A stretch of 56,873 nucleotides of DNA, from positions 1-56,873 of the forward strand of contig JBAZYQ010000003.1 in assembly GCA_041659245.1 (NCBI GenBank), written 5' to 3'. Positions 26,111 to 33,672 of this stretch are shown piece by piece. The notes beneath the pieces were generated by a model that worked only from the letters and a program-made list of their open reading frames with translations, did not search any database and was not told the origin of the DNA. The position numbers and the translations under genes are program-made. Positions within the stretch are counted from its first letter, which is position 1. Each line of letters opens with the position of its first letter. Source of the stretch: Candidatus Nanoarchaeia archaeon (GTDB lineage: Archaea > Nanobdellota > Nanobdellia > SCGC-AAA011-G17 > GW2011-AR17).

Positions 26111-26713
26111 TTATTCCCTTTCAAACACAAGATACTTATTTTTTTCCTGCCTCCAGTCCCGCGTTTGGTCATAGCGCTCCTTGACGCTGACTTTCCATCC
26201 TGCTGCTGCATACCTCTCTAAAAGCATATCCCTTACGCCTTCTTCAATTTCTTTTATGCAATACCACACAGCTTTTTCACTGCATCTGTTTACCAGTGTT
26301 GCGTCAATTTTTGCCTCATGCTTGTTTGCCTCAGTTTCCTCATAAGCCAGCACCCTTTGCTCAACTGTCTTTGCAGGCAAAATATTCCCTTCACTTTTTG
26401 CTGTTACATCCTTTCCTATCTTAAGCGTAATGCGCGTTTTCACAACATATCCATTGTCCCATTTTTCTTCCTTGTAATCAGCTTCCCATCCCGCATTTCT
26501 GTAATCCTGTATTACAGTGTCCATAATTTTTTCATACAACGGGTCGGAAGACTTTATATCTGCATATTGGATATATGCCCTTGAAAGCCGTCTTTGAACT
26601 GCTTCCTTCAAGTCCCTGTCCAATACTTCCTCAAGGTTTCTTGCCCTGTATTTCACATGTGCTTGCTCGCTTTCCTCTGCCTTCTTTTTTGCCTCTTCCG
26701 GCTTGATTACCAT
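26111..26713 (-). CDS. hypothetical protein, family C (two AGW units)
   Basis: AAGGAGGG lies 8 nt before ATG 26713; the track start at 26734 overlaps the upstream gene. Contains DYRNAGWEADY and RYAAAGWKVSV. Confidence 0.6.
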   Translation of the reverse strand: MVIKPEEAKKKAEESEQAHVKYRARNLEEVLDRDLKEAVQRRLSRAYIQYADIKSSDPLYEKIMDTVIQDYRNAGWEADYKEEKWDNGYVVKTRITLKIGKDVTAKSEGNILPAKTVEQRVLAYEETEANKHEAKIDATLVNRCSEKAVWYCIKEIEEGVRDMLLERYAAAGWKVSVKERYDQTRDWRQEKNKYLVFERE

Positions 26714-26726
26714 TTTTATTCCCTCC

Positions 26727-27116
26727 TTAGTCATACGGTGTTAATTCCCTTTCTTCATACTCTTCATACAAATCATGAAATTTATTGCATTCCATGCAAA
26801 GTGTTGCCATTGTGCGCGGGGGAGTCGGAAAACCAAAAATCCTTGTTCTCTGCGTTCCATCGGGCTTTGTATAGGCAATGCCCGGATTTATGGCAATTCT
26901 ATTTCCGCCGCAGCTGCAGCGCCTGTCAGATTCTGTTACAAATTCTCCTCGCGGGTATACTAATTTGATAACAAGCTCGTAATCACGGCTGAGATGCTCC
27001 TCTATTAGTTTGCGCTCCGGCCATCTGTATTCCCTTGCGTAGCGCCTGACTGCAGCCAGCTTCTTCCTGTCTTCAGTTACTAGCTCAATTAGCGTCTGGT
27101 TTCCTATCAGCCTCAT
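26727..27116 (-). CDS. hypothetical protein with CxC...CxxC zinc-binding motif
   Basis: First gene of the minus-strand unit. Contains RRCSCGG and LCMECN. Confidence 0.5.
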   Translation of the reverse strand: MRLIGNQTLIELVTEDRKKLAAVRRYAREYRWPERKLIEEHLSRDYELVIKLVYPRGEFVTESDRRCSCGGNRIAINPGIAYTKPDGTQRTRIFGFPTPPRTMATLCMECNKFHDLYEEYEERELTPYD

Positions 27117-27148
27117 TGTTTACCCCTCCTTTGTCTCTTAATACTTCC

Positions 27149-27170
27149 AATATACTATAAGCGTTGTATT
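27149..27170 (-). promoter_or_regulatory. island promoter motif (copy 2)
   Basis: AATATACTATAAGCGTTGTATT on the plus strand. The minus strand reads AATACAACGCTTATAGTATATT, 33 nt upstream of ATG 27116. Confidence 0.4.
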
Positions 27171-27217
27171 TGGCTTATCTATTACTCACACCATTCTGTC
27201 CTGAGCGTTGCACAAGG

Positions 27218-27227
27218 CTTATAAATT
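27218..27227 (+). promoter_or_regulatory. TATA box for right-boundary regulator
   Basis: CTTATAAATT 20 nt before ATG 27247. Confidence 0.45.
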
Positions 27228-27246
27228 ACCATTTTATTACATCCGT

Positions 27247-28074
27247 ATGCTCGATACTTCAATAATCAAGAAAATAAATGAGTTTGTCTATCTCCAGCCA
27301 AGGACAATACAGGAAATATCACTTCTTCTGAAAATAAACTGGAGGACAGCTGACAGGTATGTTGACAGAATAAGTGAAGAGCAGGGAACAATTGCGACAA
27401 AAACCTTCCGCGGCGGAACAAAAGGCGCCTTAAAGATTGCTTATTGGTGCAACATAGAAAAAATCCATTCAACAACATTCCAGGAAAAGCTCTACAAGAA
27501 AATAGAGGCAGGAAGAGTGAAGACAGACTTCTCGCCTTTTGACATATTCCAGTATGTTGATGAAAAGAAAAGGAGCGCAAAAGCATCATACGAATCATCA
27601 AAATCAGACCCGTTAACACATTTTATGAGCGCAACAAAAGAGGAATTCCTCTGCTTCTCTGGAAATCTTTCGTGGCTTAATTCCGGCTCTGCTTTGGAAG
27701 AAATCAGGGAAATGCTCAAGAGGAATGTCCAGATTAAAATCCTCACAAGAATTGACGTTGCATCAATCAGCAATATTAAGAAGCTGCTTGAATTAGAATC
27801 AAAGATGGGAAAGAAGCTTGTTGACATAAGGCACTGCGAGCAGCCGCTAAGGGGCTTTATCTCTGACGGCAAGATAGCAAGGCTCACAGAGAAGAAAGAC
27901 CCTGCAATATACAAGGCAGGGGAATTAAAAAAAGAAGTCACATTGAAATACGAGATAAGGGACGAGGAATGGGTGCAGTGGCTTCAGAAAGTTTTCTATA
28001 ACCTCTTCAGGACTTCCATCGAATGCGAGAAGAGAATGAAGGACATGAAGCAGATTGAGAATATTGAGCCGTAA
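27247..28074 (+). CDS. wHTH transcriptional regulator, TrmB-like (right island boundary paralogue)
   Basis: The MLDTSIIKKINEFVYLQPRTIQEISLLLKINWRTADRYVDRI... protein is a paralogue of 10059-10892 along its full length. The track start at 27208 (TTG) spans the TATA box. Confidence 0.55.
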   Translation: MLDTSIIKKINEFVYLQPRTIQEISLLLKINWRTADRYVDRISEEQGTIATKTFRGGTKGALKIAYWCNIEKIHSTTFQEKLYKKIEAGRVKTDFSPFDIFQYVDEKKRSAKASYESSKSDPLTHFMSATKEEFLCFSGNLSWLNSGSALEEIREMLKRNVQIKILTRIDVASISNIKKLLELESKMGKKLVDIRHCEQPLRGFISDGKIARLTEKKDPAIYKAGELKKEVTLKYEIRDEEWVQWLQKVFYNLFRTSIECEKRMKDMKQIENIEP

Positions 28075-28083
28075 TTCAGGAAC

Positions 28084-28093
28084 CTTTATATAC
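28084..28093 (+). promoter_or_regulatory. TATA box
   Basis: CTTTATATAC 22 nt before ATG 28115. Confidence 0.4.
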
Positions 28094-28114
28094 ATCTATT
28101 AATTCGCTTCGCTT

Positions 28115-28459
28115 ATGTACAATGGCTTAGAACTTCATTATCGTGCCTCTTCTCCGGAAGAGATGGATTGGCTGGATTCTTTGATGGAAAAATTTAAGGA
28201 CAAATATCAGCTAATAGCAACAGGACCTGTGCTTGTCACAAAAGGCGAGGAAAATGATGTTGTTTTGCGCCCTGAATCAAAAGGCACAATAGAAGCCTTG
28301 GTGTCTGAGTCTACAGGCGAGGTGCTTCCTGTGCCCGACAATAATCCACTGAAAATCAGGAAGTGGGTTCTGCAGTCTGCTTCAATGCATGGAAAAGAAA
28401 TATCGCGCAATACATTTGAAAGAAATTATACTATATTTCATTCTTATCTTCTTAATTGA
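28115..28459 (+). CDS. hypothetical protein
   Basis: 114-aa ORF with a leaderless-type promoter. No domain recognised. Confidence 0.5.
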   Translation: MYNGLELHYRASSPEEMDWLDSLMEKFKDKYQLIATGPVLVTKGEENDVVLRPESKGTIEALVSESTGEVLPVPDNNPLKIRKWVLQSASMHGKEISRNTFERNYTIFHSYLLN

Positions 28460-28509
28460 AAGTTTTGAAAAAGAAATCTTAATATACCCCCAATACATCA
28501 AAAACCATA

Positions 28510-28965
28510 TTGAAAAGAGGTGCTAGTGCAGGCTTTGTAATAATAGGTTCTATTCTATTAATTGTTTTACTCTTGTCAGGATGCTCTGATAATGCAATAA
28601 CAGGCAAAACAATTGTTGCGCCTGAAAGGGTTGTTTTCTCAACTGAGAAAGAGGGATGCAATTACAAATTATTAGACAATTCAGTGACTCTTGAGAATGT
28701 AACCTTGGCAAAAGCCCTTGGAAGCAGCATGCGCCCAAGCATTGAAACAGGCGACACAATGCTCATTAAGCCCTACACAAAAGACACTCCATTAAGGGAA
28801 GGCATGATTGTTTCTTACACAAAGGACGGAAAGGAATTAGTCCACAGGATAGATGCATTATATATAGACTACTTCACGGCAAAAGGGGATAATGCAGATG
28901 TGGCAGAAGATGTTCCTTATTCTGCTATTAATGGAATTGTCGTTGGCGTGCTGTTTAACAAATAG
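28510..28965 (+). CDS. signal peptidase I (archaeal S26/Sec11 type)
   Basis: N-terminal TM segment, then GSSMRPSIETGD (catalytic Ser box), VHRI and KGDNADV boxes. TTG start. Confidence 0.6.
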   Translation: MKRGASAGFVIIGSILLIVLLLSGCSDNAITGKTIVAPERVVFSTEKEGCNYKLLDNSVTLENVTLAKALGSSMRPSIETGDTMLIKPYTKDTPLREGMIVSYTKDGKELVHRIDALYIDYFTAKGDNADVAEDVPYSAINGIVVGVLFNK

Positions 28966-29134
28966 ATCATCACAAATTTAAATTTTTCATATTCACTGAT
29001 TCCTTTCAAAAGATTTATAAATATTACAGGGGATTAGGGCATTTGTTGGGAATGATAAGCCAAGATGAAGATGCAAAAACTATCTGAAGCCCCCTGTGTG
29101 CATCGAAAAGCCTGTTCAAAATGCGGAGAAAAAC

Positions 29135-31390
29135 ATGAATCATGATAAAATCATAATAACAAATGCAAATACCCACAATCTTAAAGGCATATCTCTGGAA
29201 ATTCCCAAGAATAAGCTGGTGGTTTTTACAGGGGTTTCCGGTTCCGGAAAATCATCCCTGGTTTTTGATACAATATATACAGAATCCCAAAGGCAGCTTA
29301 TTGAGACTTTTTCTTCTTTTGCAAGGGCAAGAATGCCAAAGCTGTCAAAGCCGCCGGTAGACGAAATTAAGAATATTTCAACTGCAATTGTGATAGACCA
29401 AAAGAGGATGGGGACAACACTAAGAAGCACTGTTGGAACAGCAACCGAATTATACACTTATTTAAGGCTTCTTTTTTCAAGATGCGGGGATAATTTCATA
29501 GGCCCCTCATTTGTTTTTGGGTTTAACCATCCCCTGGGGATGTGCCCAAATTGCAAGGGGCTGGGAAAACAAATCAAAGTTGATGTAAATTTGCTGTTGG
29601 ATAAGGAAAAAACCATCAGGGAAGGGGCAATCAATCACCCGGACCACAAGGTTGGGGGCTGGAACTGGAGAGAGATGGTTGCAATAGGGTTGTTTGATGT
29701 TGATAAAAAGATTAAGGATTTTTCAGAAAAAGAATTAAATGACCTGCTATATGCAAAAGCAATCCCTGTTGAGAAAAAACACGGGGCAGGAACATATTCA
29801 AAGAATTTTGAAGGGATTGCCAGAAAACTTGAGAGAATATATGTAAACAAGGCAAAAGAAGAACAATCAAAAGCCAGAAGAGATGCTTATCAAAGATATT
29901 TTGTATATGCCGATTGTGAATCCTGCAAGGGTTCGAGGATTAATGAAAAAGCCAGAAGTGTTAAAGTTAATGGCAAAACTATTCCTGAGTTAATAAATAT
30001 GGAATTTAGTGAACTTTACGGGTTTCTAAGTACAATTAAAGGGGACATTGCAAAGCCAATTGTCCGGAAAATGCAGCAAATTATGTCTCACCTGATTGAA
30101 ATAGGGGTTGGCTATCTCTCTTTGAACCGCTCAGTGGCTACTTTGTCCGGGGGGGAAAGCCAAAGGATCAAAATGGCGAGGCAGCTTGATTGTGATTTGG
30201 TTGATATGGCATATATTATGGATGAGCCTACAATTGGACTTCATCCAAGGGACATTAACAAACTGATTGAAATGCTCAAGAAACTTAAGGAAAAAGGGAA
30301 TAGTGTTTTTGTTGTTGAACACGACCCTGCCTTGATTAAATGCGCAGAATATATCATTGATATTGGGCCCAAAGCGGGAAGCCTGGGCGGAAAAATAGTT
30401 TATTCCGGAACATTTGAAGGGCTAAAAAAGTCAAGCGGGCTTACTGCGGAGTACTTGAATAAAAAAGAGAAAGTCAGCAGTAATCGAAAAAAATGGAAAG
30501 ATTGCATTGAAATTAAAAATGCCTCCTTGCACAATTTAAAAAATGTTTCCGCTAAACTGCCTCTTGGAATCTTAACTTGCATTACAGGGGTTGCGGGCTC
30601 CGGGAAAAGCAGCCTGATTAACGATGTTTTTTTGAAAGAAAACAAAGAAGCCATTATAATAGACCAGTCTGCTGTGGGAAAGTCTTCCAGGTCTAATCCC
30701 GCAACATATGTGGGCATTTTTGATGATATTAGAAAGGAATTAGCAATAAAAACCAAAACAAACCCTTCGTTATTTAGCTTTAATTCAAAAGGGGCTTGCC
30801 CAAAATGCAAGGGCCTTGGGGCAATAACTTATGAAATGAGCTTTATGGATGAAGTGAAAGTAACCTGTGATGAATGCAATGGCAAAAGATATACAGGGGA
30901 AGTCTTGGAATTAAAGTACAAAGATAAAAATATTTTTGATGTTCTCAACATGACCATAATCGAAGCCAGGAATTTTTTTGAAAATCCAGGGATTAAACAT
31001 AAATTTCAGATTTTGTGCGATGTTGGGCTTGAATATCTGGAAATTGGGCAGCCACTCAGCACTTTATCCGGGGGAGAATGCCAAAGGATAAAGCTTGCAT
31101 CTGAATTGCATAAAAAAGGAAACTTTTATGTTATGGACGAGCCAACAACCGGATTGCATATGGCGGACATTGACAAGCTAATGGGAATAATAAAACGTTT
31201 GGTGGATAATCACAATACCGTTGTTGTAATTGAGCATAACCTTGATGTTATAAAGCATGCTGATTGGGTGATAGATTTAGGCCCTGAAGGCGGTTCAAAG
31301 GGAGGGGAAATATTGTTTGAAGGCATTCCTGAAGATTTGGTAAAATGTGAGAAAAGCTATACCGGCAAGTATTTGAAAGAGTTTTTATAA
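29135..31390 (+). CDS. UvrA-family ABC ATPase lacking the UvrB-binding domain (class II UvrA paralogue)
   Basis: Two ABC modules ([22 protein letters not shown]; [22 protein letters not shown]) and CPNCKGLG / CPKCKGLG zinc modules. At 752 aa it is about 190 aa shorter than canonical Uvr[12 protein letters not shown] follows the first module directly. GGAG lies before ATG 29135. Confidence 0.8.
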   Translation: MNHDKIIITNANTHNLKGISLEIPKNKLVVFTGVSGSGKSSLVFDTIYTESQRQLIETFSSFARARMPKLSKPPVDEIKNISTAIVIDQKRMGTTLRSTVGTATELYTYLRLLFSRCGDNFIGPSFVFGFNHPLGMCPNCKGLGKQIKVDVNLLLDKEKTIREGAINHPDHKVGGWNWREMVAIGLFDVDKKIKDFSEKELNDLLYAKAIPVEKKHGAGTYSKNFEGIARKLERIYVNKAKEEQSKARRDAYQRYFVYADCESCKGSRINEKARSVKVNGKTIPELINMEFSELYGFLSTIKGDIAKPIVRKMQQIMSHLIEIGVGYLSLNRSVATLSGGESQRIKMARQLDCDLVDMAYIMDEPTIGLHPRDINKLIEMLKKLKEKGNSVFVVEHDPALIKCAEYIIDIGPKAGSLGGKIVYSGTFEGLKKSSGLTAEYLNKKEKVSSNRKKWKDCIEIKNASLHNLKNVSAKLPLGILTCITGVAGSGKSSLINDVFLKENKEAIIIDQSAVGKSSRSNPATYVGIFDDIRKELAIKTKTNPSLFSFNSKGACPKCKGLGAITYEMSFMDEVKVTCDECNGKRYTGEVLELKYKDKNIFDVLNMTIIEARNFFENPGIKHKFQILCDVGLEYLEIGQPLSTLSGGECQRIKLASELHKKGNFYVMDEPTTGLHMADIDKLMGIIKRLVDNHNTVVVIEHNLDVIKHADWVIDLGPEGGSKGGEILFEGIPEDLVKCEKSYTGKYLKEFL

Positions 31391-31415
31391 ACTTATTTTT
31401 CACAGAAAAATATTT

Positions 31416-32312
31416 TTATGCGCTTTCTGCAGGCGCTTCGCTTCTAGTTTCTTCCTGCGGAGCTTCTTCAGCAACAGGTGATTCTACGACTTCTCCGGGA
31501 GCTTCTTCCTCTCCAATTCCAAACAATCCCCTGAAGAAATTGCCAACCCTGCCAAACACATTTCCAATTCTTTCTGTTGTTCTTGAAACAATGCCTTCCC
31601 CTGTTCCCGGCTCATCTCCAAACTCTCCGGACGCATCCTTGCAAATAACATCAACAATGCAGTCATATCCTTCGCCTGAATCACCCATTACAGGCTCGCC
31701 ATAGCAGTGCTCGCAGGTAACGCAAGCCTGCTTTTTCTCTTCAAGCTTTTCTTCCCCAAGGCAGGGCCCTGCATAGAAATGAACGCATTCAGCTGCGCAT
31801 TTTTGGCATATTTCATTGCCTGTTTCTCCGCCTTCTCCTCCGCTGCATCTTATTGTCGGATCAATAAATCTTACGCATTCTCTTATGCAAATTTCCTCTT
31901 CTGACTTCGGCTCTGGCTCTTCCACCATGCCGCATTCTTTGTCGCAATCTGCCTGATTTCTAGCCTGGCATTCAAAATCAAACCTGTCGCATCCTTTCAT
32001 TGCGCATGTTTCAACACAGCTTTCTTCTTCAGTCTGCTCCGGTTTTTGCACATTGCATTTAGTCATGCATTCATTCTGTTTTGCCATCATGCAGTCCATG
32101 TCTCCGGGAGTGCATCCGGTAGAGGCGCATGTCATCATGCACGCTCTTTCTTCTGCGCTTGGGCCATAGGAAGGTATTCCTCCTTCGGGAATCTCAAGAT
32201 CTCCCGGCAGGTCAGACACAGTCATTCCTGTCACATTATTCTCAATCATGACAAAGGATAGTAGCAAAAGCGACGGCAAAAGTGTGATTGCCAGAATGGA
32301 TGTTTTTTTCAT
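31416..32312 (-). CDS. secreted Cys-rich protein (repeated CX3C-containing units)
   Basis: Signal/TM segment MKKTSILAITLLPSLLLLSF. Two copies of a C-x3-C-x4-C-x6-C-x7-C-x3-C unit. Acidic C-terminal tail. Confidence 0.6.
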   Translation of the reverse strand: MKKTSILAITLLPSLLLLSFVMIENNVTGMTVSDLPGDLEIPEGGIPSYGPSAEERACMMTCASTGCTPGDMDCMMAKQNECMTKCNVQKPEQTEEESCVETCAMKGCDRFDFECQARNQADCDKECGMVEEPEPKSEEEICIRECVRFIDPTIRCSGGEGGETGNEICQKCAAECVHFYAGPCLGEEKLEEKKQACVTCEHCYGEPVMGDSGEGYDCIVDVICKDASGEFGDEPGTGEGIVSRTTERIGNVFGRVGNFFRGLFGIGEEEAPGEVVESPVAEEAPQEETRSEAPAESA

Positions 32313-32396
32313 GGAATATATTACGCATTACAAGTTTAAATATTTTTGTTTCTGCCTAAAGCAATATTTATATAGTATTATCGCCAATATTTTAAT

Positions 32397-33554
32397 GTGA
32401 AATTAATAAATTTAATTTTTGTATTGCTTGCAGTATTAATTTTAATGACTGCGTGCGAACAGTCTTCAGGAAGCAATGAGGACAATCCATGGGGCGATTC
32501 TTCTCCGGATTCTACTCCGGATTCAGGCGATTCTTCAGAGCCTTCGGCTGATTCAGGAACCGCTTCAGGAGCTGACAGTGAAAGTGCATTAAGGGATGCA
32601 TTGGGTGAGCTGGGCGATTCGCAAAATAAAGGGGAAGGCGATGGAGCAGGATCTGCGGAAGCGCAAAAAAAAGTGAATGATGCCGCGGCTGAATTAGTTG
32701 AATGGACTATAAATGATCCCACTGCTTTGCCTCAGAGAATCCTGGATGTTTTGGAAATAGTGCAAAAGCTCGGGCTTGAAAAGTCATATGAAAAGCAGTT
32801 GATGGACAAGCTAAAGGAGCATTACAAGAAAGAGGTTATAAATCACGTGTATTGTAAGAGGGAGTGGCTTGACCTTCTTTCAAAATGCCAGGCTTTGGGA
32901 TTTGCTGACCTTGCTGATTATTCAAATGAGCATGCAAAGAGAGCCCCTTGGTGCGACAGCAAGGTTGAAAGGATTTATTCGTATAAATCAACGGCATTTG
33001 GTACAACTATGGATTTTAAGATTACTGCGCAGGGTATGCTGAAGCAATATACCTTGTTTGGATTTGAGAATCCGGATGTAAGGACATTTTATTTTACAAT
33101 GGGCGCTTTAAACTGGGATTATGCTGAAGAAGTGAAGGAAACCTGCCTTATTACAAGAAAAATAAGCTCTGGCTCAGAGAACCTGTCCAGCATGAATGAT
33201 GGTTCATTTGAAATTTCAAATGACGGCAGCTATTGGGGCTCAATCATACACAAGCAGGTTAAATTCAAGGTTGAAAAAATAAAAGTCCCGCCTCCGCCGC
33301 CTAACCCTGGCGAAGAGCCTTATGATCCCTGCGAAGGAATCCAGTCTGAAATATATGAGGAAGATGGTTCTATAGAAATTCCAATTGAGGGCAAGACAGA
33401 CAATCCTAAGAAATTTTCAGGCAGCTATTCGCCCAAGGCAGACCCTTTTGATGAGGATACAGAACATCTGGCTGAGATAAGCGACGTCACTACCTGGGAC
33501 ATAAACATAAACTATCTTGTTGACGAAATGAAAAAAATAGCAATGGGCGAGTAA
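32397..33554 (+). CDS. putative lipoprotein, unknown function
   Basis: GTG start 22 nt after TTTATATAG. MKLINLIFVLLAVLILMTAC is a lipobox-like Cys. Followed by a Ser/Asp/Gly-rich linker. Confidence 0.55.
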   Translation: MKLINLIFVLLAVLILMTACEQSSGSNEDNPWGDSSPDSTPDSGDSSEPSADSGTASGADSESALRDALGELGDSQNKGEGDGAGSAEAQKKVNDAAAELVEWTINDPTALPQRILDVLEIVQKLGLEKSYEKQLMDKLKEHYKKEVINHVYCKREWLDLLSKCQALGFADLADYSNEHAKRAPWCDSKVERIYSYKSTAFGTTMDFKITAQGMLKQYTLFGFENPDVRTFYFTMGALNWDYAEEVKETCLITRKISSGSENLSSMNDGSFEISNDGSYWGSIIHKQVKFKVEKIKVPPPPPNPGEEPYDPCEGIQSEIYEEDGSIEIPIEGKTDNPKKFSGSYSPKADPFDEDTEHLAEISDVTTWDININYLVDEMKKIAMGE

Positions 33555-33608
33555 TCTTCATAAGCCTTATTCTTTTTGTTTTCAAAGCAATGGATTATAC
33601 CTATTAAT

Positions 33609-33627
33609 GCCGAAGGCTGGCTTTCTC
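33609..33627 (+). terminator. hairpin plus TTTCT (GGCYGGCTTT motif)
   Basis: GCCGAAGGCTGGCTTTCTC, 55 nt after the stop at 33554. Confidence 0.35.
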
Positions 33628-33643
33628 TGCTTTACCATAACCA

Positions 33644-33653
33644 TTATATATAC
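33644..33653 (+). promoter_or_regulatory. TATA box for asnS
   Basis: TTATATATAC 20 nt before ATG 33673. Confidence 0.45.
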
Positions 33654-33672
33654 TGACTTTTTTACTAATCCT

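Noticed and set aside
10893-27246. Integrase, transposase, capsid, terminase or replication genes that would define the island as a provirus, plasmid or IS composite
   Set aside because: None of the translated ORFs shows a motif I can recognise for these functions (no tyrosine- or serine-recombinase, DDE, HUH or packaging ATPase signatures). The mobile-element call is therefore left as a hypothesis in the findings and not annotated as a feature.
29047-29095. C/D-box sRNA-like string GGGAATGATAAGCCAAGATGAAGATGCAAAAACTATCTGAAGCCCC upstream of the UvrA paralogue
   Set aside because: The C box is imperfect (TGATAA). There is no D' box. The C-to-D distance of about 36 nt is too short for the usual two-guide archaeal sRNA. 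Only the 12-nt spacer before CTGA fits. A covariance or snoscan-type search would be needed to revive this call.
33607-33672. N-terminal extension of asnS suggested by the ORF track (MPKAGFLCFTITIIYTDFFTNP)
   Set aside because: The extension is translated from the upstream terminator motif and the TATA box. ATG 33673 has the standard leaderless spacing of about 20 nt, and the AsnRS homology starts there. The same logic applies to the track starts at 27208, 10050, 5191, 26734, 39135, 43721 and 53586.
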